DNA from: Candidatus Omnitrophota bacterium
Lineage (GTDB): Bacteria; Omnitrophota; Gorgyraeia; Zapsychrales; Fredricksoniimonadaceae
Direction: 5' to 3'
NCBI GenBank assembly: GCA_903944345.1
Contig: CAJARJ010000015.1
Coordinates: forward strand, 70,433 to 134,432
DNA length: 64,000 bases
Positions 18,797 through 27,677 of this stretch are shown in pieces. The notes beneath the pieces were generated by a model. It saw only the letters and a program-made list of their open reading frames with translations, was not told where the DNA came from and did no database searches. The position numbers and the translations under genes were made by a program. Positions within the stretch are counted from its first letter, which is position 1, and every line of letters starts with the position of its first letter.

Positions 18797-20498
18797 GCTT
18801 TCCCCTTTCTTCTGCTGTACTGAGAATCCCCCTGCGGTTCAACGCGGACACCACAGCTTTAATGGACGCTTTGCTAATATTCGAATCCACTCCGGCGCCA
18901 AAGCAGACAACCGCATCATCCTGACGAATCCCCGCATAGGCGATGGCTTTCGCATCGGCACCTTCTTCCAAAGCATGCTCTGCAAACATCACCACATCCA
19001 GCGGAATGCTGAAATAATTCCTGATGCCATTAACAAAAGCATCCACCGGACCGTTGCCGGCAGCCTGAATTATAACCTCGAGTCCGGATTTACAAAGGAC
19101 AGCAGCAATCTCTGTTCTCTGTCCCGGGCTTTTTTCTGTATTTATCTGGCAAGAGTTCAATTTGTACAACGGACACTCCTGCAAATACTCCCGTTCAAAA
19201 CAATCACGGATGTCCTGCGAGGAAAGCTCGGCCCCTGACTTGTCTGCCATCGCCTGAACGACTTGCGAAAAATCACGCTGCATCTGCTTGGGGATACAAA
19301 TCCCCCAGTCTTTTTCCATTATATAGGAAACACCGCCTTTACCCGATTGGCTGTTAATCCTGATAATAGACTCATAGCTCCGGCCGACATCCCGGGGATC
19401 AATGGGCAGATACGGAACAGCCCAGAACTTGCTCGGGGAAGATTGCCGGGCCTTCATTCCTTTGTTGATAGCATCCTGATGTGAACCGGAAAACGCCGTA
19501 TACACCAGCTCTCCAACATAGGGATGCCGCGGATGTATCTCCATACGGACACAGCGCGAATAAACATCCACCACATGCGCCATGTCGCTGAAATCAAGAC
19601 GGGGATCAACTCCCTGTGAAAAGATATTCAGTGCCATGGTCACAATATCCATATTACCGGTCCGTTCCCCGTTACCGAACAGAGATCCCTCGACGCGCTG
19701 TGCGCCGGCCAAAACAGCCAGCTCGGCTGCCGCAACACCCGTGCCCCGGTCATTATGCGTATGGACACTCAGAATAACCGCATCCCGGGCACGAATATTC
19801 CTGCTAAACCATTCAATACGATCAGCATAAATATTAGGAGTACACATTTCTACTGTCTCGGGCAGATTAATAATAACTTTATCCGCAGCCGACGGCGTCC
19901 ACACATCTGTCACCGCATGACAGATATCCAGCGCGAAATCCAGTTCCGTCCCCGGAAAACTTTCCGGGGAATACTGGAACCGGATGTCCGCATTGCCGGA
20001 TTCCTTCTTCAACCGTGCCATCAAACGCGCAGCATCCGTAGCGATCCTGATAATCTCTTCCCGGCTTTTGCCAAACACCACCTCACGCTGAACAGCAGAT
20101 GTGGAATTATACAAATGCACGATGACCCGTCGAGCGCCCTGGACAGACTCAAAAGTCCGCCTGATCAAATCTTCCCGTGCCTGGGTGATCACCTGGATAG
20201 TGACATCCCCGGGAATGCGGTCTTCCTCAATCAGTTTCCGGATAAAATCAAACTCGACCGCCGAGGCGGACGGAAAACCAACCTCGATCTCTTTAAATCC
20301 CACAGCAACCAGAAGATCAAACATTTCCGTCTTGCGAGGTATATCCATAGGCACGCTCAACGCCTGATTGCCATCACGCAGGTCAACACTGCACCAGACA
20401 GGAGCCTGGGTGATGACCTTGTCGGGCCAGCTTCGGTCCGGTATCTCGACCTGCGGATAAGGACGGTACTTCCCAAAGGGCATTGCGTCTTTCTTCAT
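18777..20498 (-). CDS. leuA: 2-isopropylmalate synthase (yeast/actinobacterial type)
   Basis: WCSVDLRDGNQAL, YSPESF, HTHNDRG, AFSGSHQDAI, RINSQSGKGG. Confidence 0.96.
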   Translation of the reverse strand: MKKDAMPFGKYRPYPQVEIPDRSWPDKVITQAPVWCSVDLRDGNQALSVPMDIPRKTEMFDLLVAVGFKEIEVGFPSASAVEFDFIRKLIEEDRIPGDVTIQVITQAREDLIRRTFESVQGARRVIVHLYNSTSAVQREVVFGKSREEIIRIATDAARLMARLKKESGNADIRFQYSPESFPGTELDFALDICHAVTDVWTPSAADKVIINLPETVEMCTPNIYADRIEWFSRNIRARDAVILSVHTHNDRGTGVAAAELAVLAGAQRVEGSLFGNGERTGNMDIVTMALNIFSQGVDPRLDFSDMAHVVDVYSRCVRMEIHPRHPYVGELVYTAFSGSHQDAINKGMKARQSSPSKFWAVPYLPIDPRDVGRSYESIIRINSQSGKGGVSYIMEKDWGICIPKQMQRDFSQVVQAMADKSGAELSSQDIRDCFEREYLQECPLYKLNSCQINTEKSPGQRTEIAAVLCKSGLEVIIQAAGNGPVDAFVNGIRNYFSIPLDVVMFAEHALEEGADAKAIAYAGIRQDDAVVCFGAGVDSNISKASIKAVVSALNRRGILSTAEERGKHGDTKF

Positions 20499-20556
20499 AA
20501 CAAACCACCTTTCATGGTTTACCGCCAATCTTCAAGGCCGACAGCTTTGGGACAAC

Positions 20557-20590
20557 AAAAAAGCCACCGGACTCCTGAAGAGTTGGTGGC
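20557..20590 (-). terminator. Attenuator terminator of leuA leader
   Basis: Minus strand GCCACCAACTC-TTCAG-GAGTCCGGTGGC followed by TTTTT. Confidence 0.8.
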
Positions 20591-20649
20591 ATTTGAATTT
20601 TAAACTGTTTCTATCCGGTCAATTCAACAAAACACACCTCTCTTCGGGC

Positions 20650-20718
20650 CTATCTTAAAGATAGGAGTAGGAGCTTTCCCGTAAGTCGGTTGTTGTGTTG
20701 TATTGAATTGCCGTTCAT
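20650..20718 (-). CDS. Leucine attenuator leader peptide (22 aa)
   Basis: MNGNSIQHNNRLTGKLLLLSLR with CTC CTA CTC CTA run, upstream of terminator and leuA. Confidence 0.85.
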   Translation of the reverse strand: MNGNSIQHNNRLTGKLLLLSLR

Positions 20719-20821
20719 AAGGTTAATTTATACCACCTCCTGCAATACCTGTCAAGCTCAGCAGCCTCTCAGACGGCATTCCACAGAAACGCAAAACAGC
20801 AAGCCCCAGAATCCGGCAACT

Positions 20822-21154
20822 TTAAAAGATCCATCTTATCAAACCGCCAACAAGCCTGAATGGCAAAGCAATCACCCATCCAATCGCGTGTATGGTCGAA
20901 CTTAATAGCCCTGGATGCCCTGCGTCTGTTTCGGTCGTTGCAGTCGTGCTTTCACTCTGCTGCGCCACACTATCCTGTTGACCTCCGGTACCCACCACTG
21001 CGCTGCCGGGGCGTTCCATCGTCATCGTTGTAGTGGTAGTGGTTGTTTTCTGTGTGCTGGCACAACCGGATCCAGCCAGAACCACACACACCGCAAAACC
21101 TAAATAGGCACTCTTAATGGCCCAGGATTTTAATGCCTTTATCCAGATTCTCAT
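20822..21154 (-). CDS. Hypothetical lipoprotein, Thr-rich linker, hydrophobic C-terminus
   Basis: Lipobox LAGSGC, poly-Thr, follows csbD. Confidence 0.7.
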   Translation of the reverse strand: MRIWIKALKSWAIKSAYLGFAVCVVLAGSGCASTQKTTTTTTTMTMERPGSAVVGTGGQQDSVAQQSESTTATTETDAGHPGLLSSTIHAIGWVIALPFRLVGGLIRWIF

Positions 21155-21195
21155 GCCCGCCCCCTTGATTTCATAAACGATTCGCCAGGTTCAAC

Positions 21196-21357
21196 TTATA
21201 TCCGCTCTTTGAGTTTATCCGCAACCGTATCAATCCGGTCCTTGACCGCTCCTCGCAACTCGTCCGCCTCGCCTTCGGCTTTCAGGCGTTTGTTATTAGT
21301 CAAATCCCCGACGGCCTGCTTTATGCGGCCCCTCACTTTATCTACATGAACACCCAT
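21196..21357 (-). CDS. csbD: CsbD-family general stress protein
   Basis: DKVRGRIKQAVGDLTNNKRLKAEGEADELRG. Confidence 0.88.
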   Translation of the reverse strand: MGVHVDKVRGRIKQAVGDLTNNKRLKAEGEADELRGAVKDRIDTVADKLKERI

Positions 21358-21450
21358 ATTGCCCCCCTGTTTCAAAATACGGTTAAGTTTATTCACGGCG
21401 CTCCCCGGAGCGTCTGCCGTTCTTCCAGCTGCTTCGACTTAATATCTGAT

Positions 21451-21493
21451 TTTAGGGAGGAGACAAGAACAAATCAATTGTACTGCGGTACTA
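21451..21493 (-). promoter_or_regulatory. Regulon box 1 plus promoter (csbD)
   Basis: + strand TTGTACTGCGGTACTA 21478-21493; minus TTGATT-17-TAAAAT directly downstream. Confidence 0.8.
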
Positions 21494-21524
21494 CAGAGGA
21501 TGAAATTCATGTCCGTCAATCGCG

Positions 21525-22262
21525 TCAGTGCCCTTCGTCCAGCCCTTCTTGCCGAACATCCTTCCTGTTCTCATGTTCCCGCCCCGCATAAACTGTCCTG
21601 GGAGGAACAATGGTCCCCTTGGGAACAATCGCCCCTGCCGCGATTATCGCCCGGTCGCCGATCTGGCATCCGGGCATAATCGTGCAGTGTGATCCAAGCA
21701 GAACATTGCTTCCGATTTTCACTTTCCTTAGTTTCAGCGATCCCCTCTCGACAATGTGCCCGTTAATGATCGCTCCGCCACCAACAACCGTGTTGTCGCC
21801 GATCTCCAAAAGAGTCGCATCAAAAACAAATTTGGAATTAAAGTGCACATTCCTCCCCAACTTCGCACCCAGAAGTCGAAACAGAATATTGGCAAAAGGC
21901 GTAAGCAGAATAAAATCAATAAATGTATAATGCACCATCAAAAAAAGTGAACTCATAAAAGCCCACTTCATTGCCTGTATTGAAGAAAGCGGGTAAGTTC
22001 CCTCCTGTAACCTTAACCCCAGAATGCTCCGGAAAACACCAACCAGCAAGATCAACGTTACCCCGAACATAAAAAATCCCGCAGATATTGTGGCCCCCAA
22101 AAGAAACAGGCGCAAAACGGGTGCCGTGAACATCGTTATCTGCCAGACTTTTAGAAAGAGAGCTATGCCAGGAACCAGGGCCGCGCCAAAAAAGATCGCC
22201 CCCATTACATACATAAAAATCGCAAATAACAGCTGAATGGAAACTGTCAGCAACCAATTCAT
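21525..22262 (-). CDS. Membrane-anchored left-handed beta-helix acyltransferase
   Basis: N-terminal TMs then LGAKLGRNV, IGDNTVVG, IGSNVLLG hexapeptide repeats. Confidence 0.82.
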   Translation of the reverse strand: MNWLLTVSIQLLFAIFMYVMGAIFFGAALVPGIALFLKVWQITMFTAPVLRLFLLGATISAGFFMFGVTLILLVGVFRSILGLRLQEGTYPLSSIQAMKWAFMSSLFLMVHYTFIDFILLTPFANILFRLLGAKLGRNVHFNSKFVFDATLLEIGDNTVVGGGAIINGHIVERGSLKLRKVKIGSNVLLGSHCTIMPGCQIGDRAIIAAGAIVPKGTIVPPRTVYAGREHENRKDVRQEGLDEGH

Positions 22263-22273
22263 AAAGTTCTCTC

Positions 22274-23005
22274 CTATAACGTATTGTGAAACCATTCCAG
22301 ACACGGTTTCATAAATTGATCCGGCTGTTGATCAAACATCGTTTCTGCATGTCCGCACTTCTCAAGGATAACTATTTTCTTGGGCTCTTTTGCCTTATTG
22401 TACAATTCCCGACTATGCCTGACATTGATCAACCAGTCTTCCGCTCCGTGCAAGAACAAGACCGGCCGGGGAGATATCCGCTCAACAATTTCAATCGGTG
22501 CGATCTTCGGCTCCCACGGATGCCCCGGACGAACCCCCTTGCCCCGGGCTTTATACCCAAGATTCAGCTTGAGATCATCAAGCATGGCAGGTTTCCAGAA
22601 TTGATAGTCAATCTTCCAGAAATCATACGGAGCACTGACCGCTATCAGGCTCTTAACATCCTGATTCTCGGCAGTTTCCAATAAACTAATTGCCGCACCT
22701 AAAGAGAACCCCATCAAACCAATCGATTCATACCCGCAGGTTTTTACATAAGCGATTACAGCCCGAAGATCGGCGCATTCTTTTGCGGTCCATGTAAATA
22801 ACCCGGAGCTCTTCCCGTGCCCGCGGAAATCAAAAGCCACAACATCATAATGAGAAGCCAGTCCCTGCGCGATCAGGCGAAACAAGTAAGCGTCTTTGGC
22901 ATTAAAAAAACCATGGGCAAGAATAATAATCCTCCTGAACCCCTGCTCATGGTGAACCGCTTCTATGCGGTGATTGTCCTGTGTTCTTAAAGTCACGTTA
23001 CGCAT
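22274..23005 (-). CDS. Alpha/beta-fold hydrolase
   Basis: AHGF, DFRGHGKS, GFSLG nucleophile elbow, HGAED, GHA. Confidence 0.9.
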   Translation of the reverse strand: MRNVTLRTQDNHRIEAVHHEQGFRRIIILAHGFFNAKDAYLFRLIAQGLASHYDVVAFDFRGHGKSSGLFTWTAKECADLRAVIAYVKTCGYESIGLMGFSLGAAISLLETAENQDVKSLIAVSAPYDFWKIDYQFWKPAMLDDLKLNLGYKARGKGVRPGHPWEPKIAPIEIVERISPRPVLFLHGAEDWLINVRHSRELYNKAKEPKKIVILEKCGHAETMFDQQPDQFMKPCLEWFHNTL

Positions 23006-23116
23006 CCAACTCTCCCCTTGCCCGCTACAGACTCTTTAAAGCATAACACGAGATAGTTGATACATCAACCAGTGCGCGAACGCGGCATTTAGCCCGCCTT
23101 AACTTTTTAAACCCCT

Positions 23117-24196
23117 TCAACATTGATTCCTCTGAAACTTCAGAACCTCCCTGCACCGCTTTCCGAAACGCTTATCTTTCTGCCTCTTGTCCACATATGA
23201 CATCTGATGATATTCGGCCTCTTTATTCATCTTTACATAATTCCGATATCGCTTCTCAGCCAAAGTGCCATCCTGAATAGCCGCCAGGACGGCACAGCCT
23301 TTCTCCTGCGTATGTGTGCAGTTGTTAAAACGGCATTGCCCGGCCAAACCAACCACATCCGGAAAAGTTTCATCAAACCCCTCTTCGGCCGCAAAGTTCC
23401 CGAGTTCCCGCATACCTGGGGTATCAACAATAATAACTCCGCTCTTTAGTTTTATCAGCTGCCGGGTTGTCGTCGTGTGCCGGCCCTTCCCGTCGCTCTC
23501 TCTTACTTCCTGCGTAGCAAAAGCCTGCTCTCCGATCAGCGTGTTGATCAAAGTGGTTTTTCCGACTCCAGATGATCCCAGCAAACAAAATGTTTTTGAG
23601 GGCGCCAGCAGCTCACGAAGCGCATCTGCCCCTTCCCCCGTTTTGTTACTAAAGACAACAATCTGCAATCCAGGCAGCACTTCACGAATCTCCGCCACCT
23701 TCTGCGAAACTTCTTCAGGCAAAAGAAGGTCACACTTACTCAACAGGACGACTGGATGAATATGGCTTTCATGGATCATCACAAGGTAGCGTTCCAGACG
23801 ACTAACACTAAAATCCGCATCCAGAGCCTGCACAATCAAGGCCACATCAATGTTGGCCGCAATCAATTGAAAATCAACCTTACGCCCCGGCGTTTTCCGT
23901 TTAAGAATTGTTTTTCTGGGCAGCACTGAATGAATTACTGTGAACTCGTCTGCGTTGTGAGCCTGGAAAAAGACCCAGTCTCCGGCACAGGGGAAAGCGA
24001 ACGTCGAGTCAGCATTTGACATAAACTTTCCCGATAACACTGCAACAGCCACATTCACACCATCACTTATAGTAAATCTTTCTTTATGAACAGAAGTCAC
24101 CCTCGCGATGCCCAACTCCTTCCTCTTCTCGAGCTCGCCCGCGTAAAAGGACTCACAAAAGCCCAGCGCCTTAATATCACCCGCGCCCATCCTCAT
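23117..24196 (-). CDS. rsgA: Ribosome small subunit-dependent GTPase A
   Basis: IAANID, GSSGVGKTTLIN, KGRHTTT, DTPGMRE, CRFNNCTHTQEKGC zinc finger. Confidence 0.94.
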   Translation of the reverse strand: MRMGAGDIKALGFCESFYAGELEKRKELGIARVTSVHKERFTISDGVNVAVAVLSGKFMSNADSTFAFPCAGDWVFFQAHNADEFTVIHSVLPRKTILKRKTPGRKVDFQLIAANIDVALIVQALDADFSVSRLERYLVMIHESHIHPVVLLSKCDLLLPEEVSQKVAEIREVLPGLQIVVFSNKTGEGADALRELLAPSKTFCLLGSSGVGKTTLINTLIGEQAFATQEVRESDGKGRHTTTTRQLIKLKSGVIIVDTPGMRELGNFAAEEGFDETFPDVVGLAGQCRFNNCTHTQEKGCAVLAAIQDGTLAEKRYRNYVKMNKEAEYHQMSYVDKRQKDKRFGKRCREVLKFQRNQC

Positions 24197-24391
24197 AATT
24201 ATCCTTTTTTAAATTATAGCTTTCGCATGAAAATGATTCCGGCTTAAACAAAGCAGAAACGATATGCTGTTATTCTCCTCTTGCAGGCAAGATCTGTCCA
24301 GCTCCAAGTCAAATCCAGTACTTAACAAATGCGGGCTGCCAGAACAATTCATTCAACATTATAGAATGGGAAGGCAAGTGGAGGCGGGTGG

Positions 24392-24481
24392 ACATAACGC
24401 CGCTCGCGCCTGCGCATGCCTGGTCGCAAAAGGTTTCACCTTGTTTGCGCCACGCATACCAGGGCCAAGCACAATTTATAT
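24392..24481. repeat. About 90-bp imperfect inverted repeat (attC-like ends)
   Basis: Minus strand folds with many G-T pairs; ends ACATAAC...TTTATAT. Confidence 0.45.
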
Positions 24482-24542
24482 CAGCTATTCCAATTTACTC
24501 ACGCACGATCATCTCGACGACACGCTTTTCCCCGAATTCCTG

Positions 24543-24692
24543 TCATGGCCGTCTGCGTCCACTAATGAACTGCAAAATGATAACGATAGCGGCAATGACA
24601 AGCAGAACATGTATAAACCCTCCCATGGTGTACGAGGAAACCAGACCTAACAACCAAAGCACACACAATACAACTGCAATTGTATACAGCAT
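24543..24692 (-). CDS. lmo0937-family small membrane protein (copy 1, not in ORF track)
   Basis: MLYTIAVVLCVLWLLGLVSSYTMGGFIHVLLVIAAIVIILQFISGRRRP. Confidence 0.9.
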   Translation of the reverse strand: MLYTIAVVLCVLWLLGLVSSYTMGGFIHVLLVIAAIVIILQFISGRRRP

Positions 24693-24713
24693 ATTAAACC
24701 ACCTTTATATTAA

Positions 24714-24953
24714 CTAACGGACAGCTCGCTCTACGGCTGCCCCGACATCATGTCCTGCCGCCCGAATGTCATCTCCTACCGAACGCCTGAAAAGCGGCCG
24801 ACCACCCGCAATAGCCCAGATAAGAAAAATGACCAGCAGAACTGAAAGAATCCCGGAAGGCGCGTATCCCCAGGATCTGCTGTGAGGCCACATTGGCCAA
24901 ACTCCAATAGCCAGAACAAGTACAACGAATAGCAAGATTGTTTCAGTAGACAT
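24714..24953 (-). CDS. DUF3309-family small membrane protein
   Basis: WPMWPHSRSWGYAPSG signature. Confidence 0.88.
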   Translation of the reverse strand: MSTETILLFVVLVLAIGVWPMWPHSRSWGYAPSGILSVLLVIFLIWAIAGGRPLFRRSVGDDIRAAGHDVGAAVERAVR

Positions 24954-24973
24954 AAAAGCTCCTTTCTTCTTTC

Positions 24974-25147
24974 TTAATGGTTGTTCTTTAGCCGTTGCTC
25001 GGCTTCCAACCAGTTATCCAGAGCGCATCCGCCCTTCTCCCGATAGATTTCATAAGCCTGGTCACGGATTGAACTGTCCTCTCCGGCCTTAGTCTGAATG
25101 ATTTGCGGTTCACTTGCCTGCTGATGACGATGATGTTGTCTTGACAT
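24974..25147 (-). CDS. DUF2934-like small protein (not in ORF track)
   Basis: 57 aa with IRDQAYEIYREKGGCALDNWLEAE; RBS AGGAG. Confidence 0.82.
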   Translation of the reverse strand: MSRQHHRHQQASEPQIIQTKAGEDSSIRDQAYEIYREKGGCALDNWLEAEQRLKNNH

Positions 25148-25210
25148 ATCTATCTCCTGTTTTTATCGCTGTTTCCTTACGAAAGACCCAAACCTTTATT
25201 ACCCATATCC

Positions 25211-25354
25211 TCAATATTGATCAACAAATTCTGTACTCCTGAACCCATGTTTTGGGGACTGCCTAACCTTATCCCCATATTCCAGAGTATCCGGCCAAGA
25301 CTCTTTATCTGAACTTCTGTTTCTTGTCTGTTTCCTCTGCGATATTTGTTTCAT
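25211..25354 (-). CDS. Small hydrophilic hypothetical protein (47 aa, not in ORF track)
   Basis: MKQISQRK...YGDKVRQSPKHG...; RBS AAGGGG; shares motif with 50418-50579. Confidence 0.6.
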   Translation of the reverse strand: MKQISQRKQTRNRSSDKESWPDTLEYGDKVRQSPKHGFRSTEFVDQY

Positions 25355-25396
25355 TTGTGTCCCCTTTGTTACCGAATTGCTCTGTGCTTCTATTTC

Positions 25397-25440
25397 ATTC
25401 TAGAACAGAGCAAAAACGAATCAATTGTACTGCGGTATCA
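25397..25440 (-). promoter_or_regulatory. Regulon box 2 plus promoter (small-protein operon)
   Basis: TTGTACTGCGGTATCA 25425-25440; minus TTGATT-16-TAGAAT. Confidence 0.8.
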
Positions 25441-25576
25441 TGAGCCGATAATAATTAGCAGAGACCGAATAACAGGCAAGCCTTGAAATGCCCAAGATCG
25501 ATTCAGGAATCAGAATAAAAAGCCCTTGTCACTCAACGAGCAACAAGGACCTTAAAGTTGCGGTGGCGCAGACTGG

Positions 25577-25999
25577 TTACCGGGCAAGCCAATCCACAAT
25601 TCTCTGCCTGATTTCTTCCCGCACTGCTCGCGTCCGGGAGATTCTTTCTTCCCAGGATCCTTCAAACTTTGATGGATCAGTAAATCCCCAATGCAGCCTT
25701 TTGGCCGCCCCGGGAAATACCGGACACCGTTCCGCGCTGGCTTCATCGCATACAGTTATCACATAGCTATAAATTTTCCCCTGCTTAAGAAGATCCATGA
25801 CAGCCTGCGTTTTCTTGCCGGCAATATAAATCCCCTCTTCTTTTAAAACCTCAACAACAACTGGATTCAACTTCCCTGGCTCAATCCCTGCACTCTCGGT
25901 CTCAAATTTGTCCCCAGCAAGTTTGCGCAATAATTCCTCTGCCATCTGACTGCGGGCAGAGTTATGTATACAAACAAATAAAACCTTCTCTTTTTCCAT
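25577..25999 (-). CDS. arsC: Arsenate reductase, thioredoxin-dependent LMW-PTP type
   Basis: CIHNSARSQMAE P-loop, ITVC...CPVFPG, HWGFTDP. Confidence 0.92.
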   Translation of the reverse strand: MEKEKVLFVCIHNSARSQMAEELLRKLAGDKFETESAGIEPGKLNPVVVEVLKEEGIYIAGKKTQAVMDLLKQGKIYSYVITVCDEASAERCPVFPGAAKRLHWGFTDPSKFEGSWEERISRTRAVREEIRQRIVDWLAR

Positions 26000-26010
26000 A
26001 GATCACCTCT

Positions 26011-26868
26011 TTATAAACAGCGTAGTTTAGCCTTCTTCTGAAAAACTCTTGTCACATTACCATTCGCATTTTTCCAATCCGGGCAGGAAGAAAAGATGGA
26101 AGAGAGAAATTTTTTAACCCGCACGGCTATCCGATCGCTGATCTGCCGACAGCGCTTCAGTTTCTGCGCCTCACTGCCCTTAAGGTCCGCCGGATCTTCA
26201 AACTCCCAGTGTATGCGCTTCGCCTTGCCCGGGAATACCGGACAACGCGCCCCTTCCGATTCCGCGCAAACGGTTATCACGTAATCAAACGACTGCCCCT
26301 GGCTGATCAAATCGTGCACGCTCTTGCTGCGGCAACCCGTAAGACTTATCCCCTTCTCTTTAAGAATCGCGATAACCATCGGATTAAGCGCTCCAGGCTC
26401 CAGACCAGCACTCGCCACCACGACTTGCGCCCCGCCCAACTTCCTTGTATACGCCTCCGCCATCTGGCTGCGGGCGGCGTTATGCACACAAACGAACAAA
26501 ATGCGAACCGCGTTACCGCCAACACTGCGTGAATCTGTTCTAGCGGAAAGGCTCCGCAATTTATCTATATCCCTGCGGGCAATCTTGTTTTCCAGAAAAC
26601 ACGATTCCAGACACCCCAGAATGCTCCGCACCAGGACATCATTGGAACGATTTATCCCGTAAAAGGACTGTGTCCCTTCTTCCCGAATAACAAGCAACCT
26701 GTTATTCTTAAGATACGCCAGATGACGCGATATGGTTGACTGTGGCAAACCCGTAACACCTACCAGATCCTGAACCCGCCTTTCGCCATGAGTAAGCAGA
26801 ATCATGATCCGCAGCCGTACCTCTTCGCTCATGGCTTTAAAAATAGCCGCTTCTTCTTTCACGCACAC
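26011..26868 (-). CDS. ArsR-family HTH fused to ArsC domain
   Basis: [12 protein letters not shown]...[12 protein letters not shown] then [12 protein letters not shown]...CPVFPG. Confidence 0.9.
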   Translation of the reverse strand: MCVKEEAAIFKAMSEEVRLRIMILLTHGERRVQDLVGVTGLPQSTISRHLAYLKNNRLLVIREEGTQSFYGINRSNDVLVRSILGCLESCFLENKIARRDIDKLRSLSARTDSRSVGGNAVRILFVCVHNAARSQMAEAYTRKLGGAQVVVASAGLEPGALNPMVIAILKEKGISLTGCRSKSVHDLISQGQSFDYVITVCAESEGARCPVFPGKAKRIHWEFEDPADLKGSEAQKLKRCRQISDRIAVRVKKFLSSIFSSCPDWKNANGNVTRVFQKKAKLRCL

Positions 26869-26876
26869 ATCCTTTC

Positions 26877-26919
26877 ATCCGCATAAACGGATATTATACA
26901 AACCAGGGATTCCCGTCAA
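26877..26919 (-). promoter_or_regulatory. ars promoter with ArsR-type operator
   Basis: ATCCG-CATAAA-CGGAT (26877-26892) just downstream of TTGACG and an AT-rich -10. Confidence 0.65.
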
Positions 26920-26989
26920 TATTTTTTTTAAGCCACCGGAGATCTCGGGCAGGGACGGAATTGTCGCAAGACGATACGCGAAAGCTTTG

Positions 26990-27676
26990 TCACAACAAGT
27001 TGAACCGGTATCCTATCCCCGGCTCATTAACGATACGTTTGGGCCTGGAAGGATCATCCTCAATCTTTTGGCGCAAATGATTCAAATAAACGCGTACTGA
27101 ATTCAGCTTCTGCTCATTATCAGTTGCCCAAACATCTCTCAAGATCTGCCGCATCGTAAGAACCCTTCCGGCATTCTTGATGAACAATATCAACAGTCCA
27201 TATTCAATAGCCGTCAACTTAAGCGGCTGTCCATTAAGAGCGGCGATGCGCGTGTTGAACTCCAGGCGCAAGCCGGCATTGTCAAAAACCTCATCAACAA
27301 TTCCCGGAGTTGTTTTACGTCTCAAAACAGCCTGGAGCCGCGCGATCAGCTCGACCGCTGAAAAAGGCTTGGTCACGTAATCATCAGCGCCATTCTCAAG
27401 GCATCTTACCTTGACTTCTTCCTGACCTCGAACTGAAACCATGATCACGGCCACATCGCTTATCTCCCTAATCCTCAGAAGCACATCTGTACCTTCCATA
27501 TCCGGCAGCCCCATGTCCAACAGCACGGCATTAGGCTTCTTGTAAACCAGCGCAGCCAAGCCTTCCTTCCCGGAGCCCGCTTCAATCATGCCATATCCGG
27601 CATGAGTCAGAATCACCCGCAACAATTTTTGAATCTGCGGTTCGTCATCAATAACCAAAACTAGTCCCTTGGACAT
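26990..27676 (-). CDS. kdpE: Response regulator KdpE
   Basis: REC domain plus OmpR wHTH (LRQKIEDDPSRPKRIVNEPGIGYR), after kdpD. Confidence 0.93.
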   Translation of the reverse strand: MSKGLVLVIDDEPQIQKLLRVILTHAGYGMIEAGSGKEGLAALVYKKPNAVLLDMGLPDMEGTDVLLRIREISDVAVIMVSVRGQEEVKVRCLENGADDYVTKPFSAVELIARLQAVLRRKTTPGIVDEVFDNAGLRLEFNTRIAALNGQPLKLTAIEYGLLILFIKNAGRVLTMRQILRDVWATDNEQKLNSVRVYLNHLRQKIEDDPSRPKRIVNEPGIGYRFNLL

Positions 27677-27677
27677 C

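Noticed and set aside
21005-21050. Trinucleotide-like repeat encoding poly-Thr
   Set aside because: Mixed codons in frame; low-complexity linker, not a contingency locus
24677-24692. CAATTGTATAC (and CAATTGTGTAC near 58369) as extra regulon boxes
   Set aside because: They are the coding sequence for YTIA in the lmo0937 genes and lack the second half-site
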